A stretch of 64,000 nt of DNA from the NCBI GenBank assembly GCA_002305915.1, contig DBRJ01000063.1, forward strand, positions 54,605 to 118,604, given 5' to 3'. Within the stretch, counting starts at the first letter, position 1. Every line of letters begins with the position of its first letter. The DNA is from Pelotomaculum sp. UBA1371. GTDB lineage: Bacteria > Bacillota > Desulfotomaculia > Desulfotomaculales > Pelotomaculaceae. This document shows, in pieces, positions 29,582-38,033 of this stretch. A program made the translations under genes and the position numbers. The notes beneath the pieces were generated by a model. It worked only from the letters and a program-made list of their open reading frames with translations. It was not told where the DNA came from and made no database searches.

Positions 29582-29804
29582 GTGAAAGGAGTATAAATAA
29601 AACCCGCTCCACCAAAGCTATGAGATATTATAGCGGAAGGGGGACGGTATGTGGCCGGGCGGAAAAAGAACCCTGTTAAGATTGAAATCAGGAAAAATCG
29701 CAAGGAAGAATTGAACCGGATCCGGGGAACTCAAAAAGTAATTGACCCGGAGCGGGGTCCCTAAAATAAATAAAATAAATACTTTACGGAAAAGGGGAGG
29801 AACA

Positions 29805-30854
29805 ATGACTAAGAATAAAAACCCGCGGCTGACCACGCTTGCAGGTAGCGCCGGGTGAGCAGCGAAGCTGAGTCCTCAGGACCTGGCGCAGGTACTGTGC
29901 CGGTTGGCTCCGGTGGAGGACCCGAATTTGCTGGTAGGTTCCTCCACCTGCGACGACGCGGCGGTTTTCCGCCTGAATGATGACACTGCCATTGTCCAGA
30001 CTGTCGATTATTTTACACCGGTGGTGGACGATCCCTATACCTTTGGGTCCATAACTGCGGCAAATGCTTTGAGCGATATTTACGCGATGGGGGCAAAACC
30101 GCTCCTGGCCCTAAATATTATCGGTTTTCCCTGCAAGGAACTGTCCCTGGAAGTGCTGGTGGAAATTCTGCGGGGCGGCGCTGACAAGGTTAAAGAAGCC
30201 GGAGCCCTGGTGGTGGGCGGCCACACCATTGAGGATAAAGAGCCTAAATACGGGCTTGCCGTCACCGGCCTGGTACATCCGGACAGGGTGGTTAAAAATG
30301 CCGGGGCGCTTCCGGGGGATGCCCTGATTCTAACCAAGCCTTTGGGGAGCGGCATTATAGTTACTGCCGTTAAAGGTGATCTGGCTGACGACCGGACGTA
30401 CAACAGTGCTGTAAAGCTGATGGAGGCGCTGAACGATCGGGCTTCCCGGGTCATGATTGAAGCCGGGGCGCATGCCTGCACGGACATCACAGGATTCGGA
30501 TTGCTGGGCCATCTTTACGAAATGGCGGCAGCCGGCAGCGTGGGAGCCCGCATCTATTTGTCACAAATACCCGTCCTGGAACAGGTCCGTGAGCTTGCCT
30601 CCATTGGGTTGATCCCGGCTGGAGCTTACCGGAACCTGAACTATCTTGAGGAAAAGCTGCAGTGGAGCAGTTCCATTGATGAAACGGACAAACTGATCCT
30701 GGCCGACCCCCAGACTTCGGGGGGGCTCCTGATGGCCGTCCCGGGGGATAAAGCGGCAGCTGTCCTGGAAGCACTGGAAGTTGAAGGTGTAACGGGAGCA
30801 CAGATTGGTGAAATAATAGATAATGAAAAGCCATTGATAAAAATTGAAGACTGA
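29805..30854 (+). CDS. selD: Selenide, water dikinase SelD (selenophosphate synthetase), selenocysteine-containing (UGA at 29856-29858)
   Basis: An ATG at 29805 sits behind GGGGAGG and is in frame with the 29904 ORF. Reading through the TGA gives MTKNKNPRLTTLAGSAG-U-AAKLSPQDLAQVL.... This aligns with the E. coli SelD N-terminus [20 protein letters not shown], placing the TGA at the catalytic Cys17 position. Downstream, 'DDAAVF', 'TVDYFTPVVDDPY' and 'AANALSDIYAMGAKP' are classic SelD blocks. Confidence 0.9.
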
Positions 30855-30873
30855 AACGTTTAAAATAAACCTG

Positions 30874-31216
30874 TCAACCCCTCCTGATGATAGAATTCAA
30901 AACTTCGTCGAAAGGCATTTCCCCAATTTCATCAAGCAACTGGTCCAGTTTGGTCCTTCGTCTTAGCGAGCCTTCCAGGAGAATTTCAATGACCTGATCT
31001 TTGTCTACCGCTATCGAACTGACTTCCAGGACGCCTGCCAGGAGCCCCAGGATGACCAGGATTTTTTGGGGTGTAAGTAATGGTAATTTTTTTTTTGACG
31101 CTGGTGCAGCCGGCGTCTTTTGTTTTTGGAATGTTTTGTGCGGGATACCCTTTTCCCTGAGTGAACTGGGCTAAGGCCTGTTCGAATAAAGAAAGCAGGT
31201 CATTAGAAGGAGACAA
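30874..31216 (-). pseudogene. Hypothetical gene split by a frameshift at an A10 homopolymer (T10 on + strand, 31087-31096)
   Basis: On the minus strand, a TTG start at 31216 follows GGGGGG and gives MSPSNDLLSLFEQALAQF...TSVKKK. After the A10 run, the -1 frame continues as protein-like sequence LPLLTPQKILVILGLLAGVLEVSSIAVDKDQVIEILLEGSLRRRTKLDQLLDEIGEMPFDEVLNSIIRRG* (stop at 30874-30876). That second frame has no start codon of its own. Confidence 0.45.
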
Positions 31217-31730
31217 GGGATTCCCCCCTTTTTAGGACGAAAAAGCATTCAAAGACCGGTTTTAGGGAAAAATGACCGGCACCCCGGCTCTGCTTGGTGA
31301 CCCTGCAAGTCCTGTAGCAAAAAGAATGGCAAGACTTGTTGCGATAATCAGTAATAGATCATGTTGAACATTTTCCAGGTCGGGCAATGCAATCACACCT
31401 TTTTTCATAGATATTATATTTATATTAATCCGGCTGCCCGTTGGTGTTTATAAAGCAGGTGTTCCGGCAGAAAGGATCCAGGCGACTAAAAAGCAGCCGG
31501 CAGCAATATTTTTGAACTGTAACTGTGTTTTTTGCAGTAAAATGTCAGGGAAAAAATAACAGTTGTGTTCAAAACACGACAAATTCTCAAGCCCGGACAA
31601 TGTATAATAAGGCCAGTGTTGTTATTATTTAACCTATCTGTCATAAAGCAAGAAAGCTTACGATAAAATGGTAATAGAGTTATTATAATATTTTCTGGAA
31701 AGTTTGCTCCAGGAGCAGGAGAATAAATCT

Positions 31731-32648
31731 ATGACGGCATTTACCGTCTATCTCGACCAGGTTTTCCTGGGCAACATGGTCATGAATTACATCATCCTAT
31801 GGGCTGCTGCAAAGATAAGCCGCGTTCCGGTTGGAAAAACCAGGCTTGCCGCAGGAGCAGCGCTGGGAGCCGGCTATGCAGTGGTTGCTTTATTACCCGG
31901 CTGCAGCCTTCTCTTAACAATAGGTTTTAAAACTGCCGCTTCCATCATAATCACAGCCGCAACATTCTTTCCTGTTCCACTTCGGAAGTTTATCACCTGT
32001 CTTGGTTGTTTTTATTTAACATCTTTTGTGCTGGGCGGGCTGGTGTTCGGAGTCATCTTCTTTTTTCATGCCGGCGTCATAACCAGTCTAAGTGGTGTAG
32101 GCGTGATCATCAACCAGCACCTGTGGACGGGTATTCTTCTGGGGCTGGCGGCCTTTTGGGCAGCTGTAAAAGGTTTTAACGCACTTCAAAAGAAGGGATT
32201 GCTGGAAAACATTTTTAAAATTCCTGTTTTAATTCGCACAGACAGTAAACAGGTGAAAGTGGATGCGCTTCTCGATACCGGTAATCAGTTAGAAGACCCC
32301 ATGACCGGACACCCAGTGATCGTTGTTGAATACAGCCTTCTAAAACCTCTTTTGCCTATGCGGTTACACCCTTTTTTTGAAGCAGACGGGGATGCCGACA
32401 TCTGGGAGATTTTAAGCTCCCTGAGCGGGTGCGGCGCTGCTTCACGCTTTAGTGCCATTCCCTTTCAGTCCCTGGGTAAGACAAAGGGGCTGCTTCTTGG
32501 TTACCGTCCCGATGAAATACTGTTGGAACAGCATGGCCGAAAGCCCTGCGCCGTAAAGGCAGTTTTGGCCATTTACCGGAAAAGTCTGTTTCCCGGCGGG
32601 TCCTGTCAGGCGCTGTTAGGTCCCAACTTGCTTGATCCGGCCTCGTAG
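31731..32648 (+). CDS. spoIIGA: Sigma-E processing peptidase SpoIIGA
   Basis: It has a polytopic N-terminus 'VYLDQVFLGNMVMNYIILWA' and the aspartic-protease motif 'ALLDTGNQLEDPMTGHPVIVVEY'. It lies immediately upstream of sigE. The start is moved to ATG 31731, behind AGGAGA. Confidence 0.9.
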   Translation: MTAFTVYLDQVFLGNMVMNYIILWAAAKISRVPVGKTRLAAGAALGAGYAVVALLPGCSLLLTIGFKTAASIIITAATFFPVPLRKFITCLGCFYLTSFVLGGLVFGVIFFFHAGVITSLSGVGVIINQHLWTGILLGLAAFWAAVKGFNALQKKGLLENIFKIPVLIRTDSKQVKVDALLDTGNQLEDPMTGHPVIVVEYSLLKPLLPMRLHPFFEADGDADIWEILSSLSGCGAASRFSAIPFQSLGKTKGLLLGYRPDEILLEQHGRKPCAVKAVLAIYRKSLFPGGSCQALLGPNLLDPAS

Positions 32649-32840
32649 CCTGACCCCACCTGCTCCGGTCCAGGCAACAGGCCAGTCTCCGGTTAAGATT
32701 ACTTAATTGTGCCGTCGCAGCCAGGCCCCTGCAGGACGGACAGATCTGACAAGATCAAGAGAATGATCCTGTTTTGTTTAATCTGTACCTCTGATTTAGT
32801 TCAGGCAGTTATAGTGCCCCAGCGGAGGGAGGACAAGTGT

Positions 32841-33572
32841 GTGTTTTCTAAGATATTCCGGCGTGCCCGGTGGAGGGGTCGCCTGGCATTGTTGCGCCTG
32901 CTGATTTGGTTGGGTTACCGTCCGCGTATTTATTATGTCGGCAGCAGCGAAGCTTTACCCCCGCCTTTGAGTACCGATGAGGAAACCTTTTTAATCGACC
33001 GCCTGGAATCCGGGGACGGGGCGGTTAGGAGCATCTTAATTGAAAGAAACCTGCGTTTGGTGGTTTATATCGCCCGGAAATTTGAGAATACAGGGGTGGG
33101 AATTGAGGATCTGGTATCCATAGGTACCATCGGGCTGATTAAAGCGGTCAATACCTTTGATCCGGCCAAGAAAATCAAACTGGCTACCTATGCTTCCCGC
33201 TGTATTGAGAATGAGATCCTCATGTACCTGCGGCGAAATAACAAGACCCGGGCGGAAGTCTCCTTTGATGAACCGCTGAATATCGACTGGGACGGAAATG
33301 AGCTGCTGCTGTCGGATGTCCTGGGTACGGAAAACGATGTCATCTACAAATATATAGAGGACGAGGTGGATAAAAAACTGCTTCACCTGGCGCTGCAAAA
33401 GCTCTCCGGCCGGGAACGCAAAATTATGGAACTGCGTTTCGGCCTGAACAACGGAATGGAAAAAACTCAAAAGGAGGTTGCCGACCTTCTGGGAATATCT
33501 CAATCTTATATTTCAAGGCTGGAGAAAAGAATAATTAAAAGGTTGAAAAAGGAGATTCACCGCATGGAGTAA
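32841..33572 (+). CDS. sigE: Sporulation sigma factor E (pro-sigma-E)
   Basis: It is near-identical over long blocks to B. subtilis SigE as I recall it. Examples are '[14 protein letters not shown]', '[21 protein letters not shown]', '[40 protein letters not shown]' and '[18 protein letters not shown]'. A GTG start at 32841 behind GGAGGGAGG gives 243 aa. The ORF-track start at 32709 is too long. Confidence 0.95.
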   Translation: MFSKIFRRARWRGRLALLRLLIWLGYRPRIYYVGSSEALPPPLSTDEETFLIDRLESGDGAVRSILIERNLRLVVYIARKFENTGVGIEDLVSIGTIGLIKAVNTFDPAKKIKLATYASRCIENEILMYLRRNNKTRAEVSFDEPLNIDWDGNELLLSDVLGTENDVIYKYIEDEVDKKLLHLALQKLSGRERKIMELRFGLNNGMEKTQKEVADLLGISQSYISRLEKRIIKRLKKEIHRME

Positions 33573-33616
33573 AGAAGATTCATTAAATATGTAATCCAAG
33601 ATACACGCCTGCCTGT

Positions 33617-33647
33617 CGTCTCGTTGTACTGGAGAGGACGCTTTTTT
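33617..33647 (+). terminator. Candidate terminator after sigE
   Basis: CGTCTC pairs with GAGAGGACG (1-nt bulge), followed by CTTTTTTG. Confidence 0.45.
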
Positions 33648-33665
33648 GTGCCCTTTTTAAGACGT

Positions 33666-33694
33666 GTATAAATCAATTTGGGCTTGGCAATAAT
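33666..33694 (+). promoter_or_regulatory. Forespore-type (sigma-F/sigma-G) promoter of sigG
   Basis: GTATA (33666-33670), a 15-nt spacer, then GGCAATAATG (33686-33695). This fits the published sigma-F consensus GYATA-N15-GGnnAnAHTR at every specified position. It lies ~55 nt upstream of the sigG ATG. Confidence 0.6.
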
Positions 33695-33748
33695 GAAATT
33701 GAAAAAGAAAAACAAATACGACGCCGGATAAAAGATGGGGGGCCTTCT

Positions 33749-34522
33749 ATGCTGGTGAACAAGGTGGAGATCTGTGGTGTCAATACATCTAAACTCCCTG
33801 TACTGACAGGCAGCCAGATGCGGACCCTGTTTGAGGCCATGCATAAGGGAGATACCTCCGCCCGAACCCAGTTGGTTAACGGCAATCTCAGGCTTGTCCT
33901 AAGTGTAATCCAGCGTTTTACAAACAGGGGCGAATATGTAGACGATCTCTTCCAGGTGGGCTGCATCGGCCTGATGAAAGCCATTGACAACTTTGATCTT
34001 TCCCAGAATGTTAAGTTCTCCACGTATGCAGTACCCATGATTATCGGAGAAATACGCCGTTATCTCAGGGACAACAACCCCATCCGGGTCAGTCGCTCCC
34101 TTCGTGACGTAGCTTATAAAGCCCTGCAGGTGAGAGACGCCCTTGTCAACAAATATTCCCGGGAACCCTCCATTAATGAAATTGCCGGAGAATTAAAAAT
34201 GCCCAGGGAAGATATAGTTTTCGCCCTGGACGCCATCCAGGAGCCTATTTCCCTGTTCGAACCCATTTACCATGACGGTGGTGATCCCATCTTTGTCATG
34301 GACCAGATCAGCGACGAGAAGAATCAGGACCTGAACTGGCTGGAGGGCATCGCCATCCGGGACGCTCTTCGAAAACTGAACGACCGGGAGAAGTTGATTT
34401 TAACACTCCGTTTTTACGAGGGGAAAACTCAAATGGAAGTGGCGGAAGAAATCGGCATCTCCCAGGCGCAGGTTTCCAGGCTGGAAAAAGCAGCTCTCAA
34501 CCACATGCGAAAATATGTGTAA
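33749..34522 (+). CDS. sigG: Sporulation sigma factor G
   Basis: It shares long blocks with B. subtilis SigG. Examples are 'NKVEICGVNTSKLPVL', 'LVNGNLRLVLSVIQRF.NRGEYVDDLFQVGCIGLMK.IDNFDLS.NVKFSTYAVPMIIGEIRRYLRDNNPIRVSRSLRD.AYKALQVR' and 'GKTQMEVAEEIGISQAQVSRLEKAA'. Confidence 0.95.
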   Translation: MLVNKVEICGVNTSKLPVLTGSQMRTLFEAMHKGDTSARTQLVNGNLRLVLSVIQRFTNRGEYVDDLFQVGCIGLMKAIDNFDLSQNVKFSTYAVPMIIGEIRRYLRDNNPIRVSRSLRDVAYKALQVRDALVNKYSREPSINEIAGELKMPREDIVFALDAIQEPISLFEPIYHDGGDPIFVMDQISDEKNQDLNWLEGIAIRDALRKLNDREKLILTLRFYEGKTQMEVAEEIGISQAQVSRLEKAALNHMRKYV

Positions 34523-34546
34523 AATATTTGTATGTTTTACAGTGCT

Positions 34547-34580
34547 TAAGCGGCAATAGTATTGCCGCTTAAAAATTTTG
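34547..34580 (+). terminator. Terminator after sigG
   Basis: A 12-bp perfect hairpin, TTAAGCGGCAAT-agt-ATTGCCGCTTAA, followed by AAATTTT. Confidence 0.55.
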
Positions 34581-34618
34581 GTTCAGCCGCCGCTCCCCTG
34601 CACATATAAATATAGGGG

Positions 34619-34906
34619 GTGTTTTGTGTGGTGAAGATATCGGACTTGAGGGCGCGGGAAGTTGTCAATGTTGTGGACGGGCGAAGACTTGGCCTGATCA
34701 AGGATATAGAAGTTGATATGGAAGAAGGAAAAATTACCGCAATAATTTTGCCCGGTGACGGTGGCGGCAGATTCCTCGGTTTTTTCGCAAAGGACGAGGA
34801 AATTGTGGTGCCCTGGGAAAAAATTAGAAAAATTGGGGCGGACGTCATTTTAGTGGAAGTCAGCACTTTTACCGACCCCAGGCACGAGCAACGTATAAAA
34901 TACTAG
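34619..34906 (+). CDS. ylmC: YlmC/YmxH-family sporulation protein (PRC-barrel)
   Basis: 'ISDLRAREVVNVVDGRRLGLIKDIEVDMEEGKITAIILPG' and 'VVPWEKIRKIGADVILVEV' are present. The start could be one of several GTGs (34619, 34628 or 34631). Confidence 0.85.
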   Translation: MFCVVKISDLRAREVVNVVDGRRLGLIKDIEVDMEEGKITAIILPGDGGGRFLGFFAKDEEIVVPWEKIRKIGADVILVEVSTFTDPRHEQRIKY

Positions 34907-34961
34907 TTTGTCAGTGAGCTCATCGACACTGGTTTAACCTTTTCAAGACATACTAAACTAT

Positions 34962-34994
34962 CCGGGCGGTTATAGGGCCGCACCGGTTTTTTTT
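34962..34994 (+). terminator. Rho-independent terminator after ylmC
   Basis: CCGGGCGG pairs with CCGCACCGG (imperfect hairpin), followed by a run of 8 T. Confidence 0.55.
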
Positions 34995-35151
34995 GTTTTA
35001 AAAAAACATTAGCGTTGCACCGAAAATCCAAGTGCAAAATAATGGCAATTGCAGCATCGCAGTATCAAACATATATGGTGTATACAGCCATCTAGGTTTG
35101 CCTATCTTAATTAGTTTAGTTCTTTACACTGCCCACGAATGCTTATCTTGT

Positions 35152-35180
35152 TTGCAAAGGATTCACCCTGGTGTTATAAT
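35152..35180 (+). promoter_or_regulatory. Strong candidate sigma-A promoter (extended -10)
   Basis: TTGCAA (35152-35157), a 17-nt spacer ending in TGt, then TATAAT (35175-35180). The next + strand gene starts ~270 nt downstream. Confidence 0.45.
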
Positions 35181-35391
35181 TAACATTGTAGTTCCAAATC
35201 TCTTATCTTTAGCTACCTCTACAGTCAATATATAAAAATCAATATATTATTGGATATACAGGCAGTCAGCAGATCAGCAAGATGTAAAATATATCCACCT
35301 GAATAATTAATTGCCGGTAATCCCGGGTGTTTTATTTTTTACTTGCTTTATTTTGCTGGGCCGGGATGATAGATATAGATATCAAATTACG

Positions 35392-35423
35392 GCCTGCCTG
35401 TCGCGTAAGCGCAACAGGCAGGC
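35392..35423 (+). other. Perfect 10-bp hairpin with a GUAA-capped inner stem in the leader of the phosphatase gene
   Basis: GCCTGCCTGT (35392-35401) pairs with ACAGGCAGGC (35414-35423). The inner CGC-gtaa-GCG forms a GNRA-type tetraloop. The following TTTATAT is only a weak U-tract. The hairpin lies 26 nt before the ATG at 35450. Confidence 0.5.
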
Positions 35424-35449
35424 TTTATATGTAGAGAGGTGTTGCTCGG

Positions 35450-36199
35450 ATGATCGATATTCACAGCCATATCCTGCCTGGTCTGGACGACGGGGCAGCC
35501 AGTATGGAAGAATCTATTGCCATGGCCCGCTGCGCTGTCACGGGAGGGATCAAGCAGATGGTGGCCACACCCCACGTGAAATCAAGAACCTATCCCAGCA
35601 GGGAATTAATCCTGAGCGTGCTGGCTAAGCTGCAAAAGGAGCTGAAAAAAAATGATATTCCCCTGGTTGTCATGCCCGGAGGGGAATACAATCTGGAACC
35701 TGAACTGCCCGGGCGGTTGGCCAGGGGTGAAGTCCTGACCATTAACGACACAGGTCGCTACCTGCTGGTGGAACTGCCTCCGTCGTCTGTTCCCGATTAT
35801 ACGGCCACTGTTTTAAAGGAACTCCAGGTGGAAGGTGTAACACCCGTCATCGCCCATCCGGAGCGGAACTACGTTTTTATGAGTGATTATTCCCGCCTTT
35901 ACGAACTGGTCGCAGATGGTTCCCTGGTCCAGCTGACAGCCGGCAGCCTGACAGGTTACTATTATACCGAGGTTACTGCCGCTGCCCGGGCTTTTTTGGA
36001 GCAGGGCTGGGTTCACTTCATAGCTTCCGACGCGCATAATAGAAGCGGCCAACTGCTTCAGTTCGAGATTGCAGCAAAGGAAATGCTGCAGCTATTCGGT
36101 GATGGAGAGCGGCGTCGCCTGCTGGTCAGTAATCCCCAGCGGGCATTGCGGGGCGAATCTATAGAGAACATTAGCCGTTTAAAAGTTTCCGGGGAATAA
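35450..36199 (+). CDS. Mn-dependent protein-tyrosine phosphatase, CpsB/YwqE (PHP) family
   Basis: The family N-terminus 'MIDIHSHILPGLDDGA' is present, along with 'VATPH', 'IAHPER' and 'ASDAHN'. Confidence 0.85.
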   Translation: MIDIHSHILPGLDDGAASMEESIAMARCAVTGGIKQMVATPHVKSRTYPSRELILSVLAKLQKELKKNDIPLVVMPGGEYNLEPELPGRLARGEVLTINDTGRYLLVELPPSSVPDYTATVLKELQVEGVTPVIAHPERNYVFMSDYSRLYELVADGSLVQLTAGSLTGYYYTEVTAAARAFLEQGWVHFIASDAHNRSGQLLQFEIAAKEMLQLFGDGERRRLLVSNPQRALRGESIENISRLKVSGE

Positions 36200-36338
36200 T
36201 ACAAAGATACTAAAGGCAAGAAGCGTAATTATCATCAGGATATCCCGCTTCTTGGGTAAAATTGAACGCTCTCAGCTAAATACGCACGCAGCGCACATAT
36301 GGGCGGCATTCAGGGAGTCGTTCCTGCTCTGAGAGTTC

Positions 36339-36764
36339 TTAGACGGATTTACCGGGCAGATTATAGAAATACCCGGTGTTTTTAGCCAGGACAGGGCTGA
36401 TCAAGGCCAGCATAAGCACGTATAACGCGGCAAAGGCCGGGAGTTGCGGATTCAAGCCGGCAGTTGCAGCAAGGCCTGCAATTATAATTGAAAACTCGCC
36501 TCTGGTCATAATTGTGAAGGCAACATTGGTTGCTCTTCTTTTTTTATACCCCGCTAGCCAGGAAGCAATAAACCCGTTGATAATGTTGCCGATAACTGTA
36601 ATCAGAACAGCAGTGCCGGATATGACCACCACATCCGAAAAGTTCTGTAATCTATAGCCGTGCCGAAGGAGAAAAAGAATACTGCTCCGAACAGGTCCCG
36701 CAATAGGTGTGATTTTGAAGAGTTTGCCAGGAAAGCCGCTTATTCGCTTGCTGACGACGATCAA
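36339..36764 (-). pseudogene. C-terminal fragment of a cation:proton antiporter (CPA/Kef-type)
   Basis: The 141-aa ORF carries only the last few TM helices ('TIMTRGEFSIIIAGLAATAGL' resembles the conserved ..RGEFS..la motif). Only ~100 nt separate it from the next gene, so there is no room for the missing ~250 N-terminal residues. Confidence 0.5.
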
Positions 36765-36899
36765 GGATAAAATAAAGCGAAATTCCTGTCAAGAATACCT
36801 GAGGAATATTCTGCCGCTATCTTGTTTGTACTCACCCTTAAAACAGAGAAGGCATAAGATAAAAAAAATGTGTCTATGACAATTGAAAGGAGGAGGAGA

Positions 36900-38033
36900 A
36901 TGGCCACCTATACTGTGCAGACAGGAGACACCTTGTTCTCAATAGCAAGCAGATTCGGCACTACAGTTGAAGCATTGGTGGAGGCTAATAATATTACAAA
37001 CCCGGATCTCATCAGAGTGGGGCAGGTACTTACCATTCCGGAAACTGGAGCTGGCGGGGGGACAGTAGAGCCGGGTGATAGTGTTGGCGGAGTTAATCAG
37101 ACCAGGCAGGTCAGGGGGTTGTTATACCGTATTTCCACAGACAGGAGTACTTACCGGCAGGGTGAACCGGTTCGTATTACCTTTTCCAAAACAAATGTCA
37201 GCAACCGGACCATCGTCCTCCGCTACCGGACCGCTCAGCGGTTTGAGCTTGTAGCAAGGCGCTTGCCGGGTTTGAGGGAAGTCTGGCGCTGGTCTGCGGG
37301 CCGGTTCTTCGCCCAGGTGACAGGGACTGTTACCTTGAGGCCGGGGCAGAGCCAGGTGTTCCGTGAAACCTGGAACCAGAGAAACAACCAGGGGGTGCAG
37401 GTTGTTGCGGGCAACTTCGTAATCGAAGGGACTAACCTGGCCCAGGGCTTTGAAGGTGAGTCCATTGCTACAAGGATTAGTATTAGTGCAGTTAGACCTA
37501 CGCCCACACCCAGACCTACACCCACGCCCAGACCTACACCCACGCCCTGCCCGCCTGGAAACGTCCTGACCAACCCGGGATTCGAAAGATGGCCCAACCC
37601 CTCAGTGCCTCCTACCGGCTGGACGGGCAGCAACCTGGCCCGCAGTTTACTGTCCGTAACAGGTGCCTATGCTGCGGAGATGGGCGCCAGACCCGGTTCC
37701 AGGGCTGTGTTGTCCCAGAGAGTTGATATTGAAGCGGGCAGGATTTACGAGTTGAACTGGAGTGCAAGGGAGCGGGTCCGTCCTGGAGTTGCCAGGTTCA
37801 CGCTCTTTGTGGAGATCTTTTATTATGACAGGAACAATAATTTTGTGGGCAGAACCGAGCCTCGCTACTCCCAGGATAGTGTGCCCAACGACCGCTATCA
37901 GCGGTACAGCCTGTCCACGGGGCGTGTTCCTGCGGGCGCAAGAATTGCCGATGTCCGTTTTACCTTTGAACCGGCTGCTGCCAACACCAGTTCTGTGTTA
38001 ATAGATAATGTTGAGCTGCGCTGTCGTTTTTAA
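36900..38033 (+). CDS. Secreted/spore-associated multidomain protein: LysM, BsuPI-like beta-sandwich, Pro/Thr linker and a carbohydrate-binding-like C-terminal domain
   Basis: The LysM domain is '[44 protein letters not shown]'. The middle segment ('[25 protein letters not shown]...VWRWS...LRPGQSQVF') resembles the intracellular-proteinase-inhibitor fold. The linker is (RPTPTP)x3. The C-terminal 'NPGFE.W' jelly-roll-like domain follows. The start is moved to ATG 36900, behind GGAGGAGGAG. Confidence 0.75.
   Translation: MATYTVQTGDTLFSIASRFGTTVEALVEANNITNPDLIRVGQVLTIPETGAGGGTVEPGDSVGGVNQTRQVRGLLYRISTDRSTYRQGEPVRITFSKTNVSNRTIVLRYRTAQRFELVARRLPGLREVWRWSAGRFFAQVTGTVTLRPGQSQVFRETWNQRNNQGVQVVAGNFVIEGTNLAQGFEGESIATRISISAVRPTPTPRPTPTPRPTPTPCPPGNVLTNPGFERWPNPSVPPTGWTGSNLARSLLSVTGAYAAEMGARPGSRAVLSQRVDIEAGRIYELNWSARERVRPGVARFTLFVEIFYYDRNNNFVGRTEPRYSQDSVPNDRYQRYSLSTGRVPAGARIADVRFTFEPAAANTSSVLIDNVELRCRF
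37494..37547 (+). repeat. 3 x 18-nt tandem repeat encoding the (RPTPTP)3 linker
   Basis: AGACCTACGCCCACACCC, then AGACCTACACCCACGCCC twice, head to tail. Confidence 0.85.

Noticed and set aside
29859-29910. A clear bacterial SECIS hairpin downstream of the selD UGA
   Set aside because: By eye I find only short stems (GUCC-uca-GGAC at about 29872-29882 and CCGG-uuggcu-CCGG further on). I cannot assert a SECIS without a folding or SECIS-search program. The Sec call rests on the alignment and the RBS instead.
31262-31408. 48-aa minus-strand ORF MKKGVIALPDLENVQHDLLLIIATSLAILFATGLAGSPSRAGVPVIFP (a possible small membrane protein upstream of the A10-split gene)
   Set aside because: It has one plausible TM helix but no Shine-Dalgarno sequence before the ATG and no recognisable family. 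The evidence is too weak to annotate, though it is worth checking with ribosome profiling.
35032-35628. ORFs 35032-35235 (+), 35311-35628 (+) and 35387-35575 (-) in the ylmC-phosphatase intergenic region
   Set aside because: These ORFs are AT-rich and lack an RBS. The second overlaps the well-supported phosphatase gene out of frame. The region is better explained as promoter plus leader.
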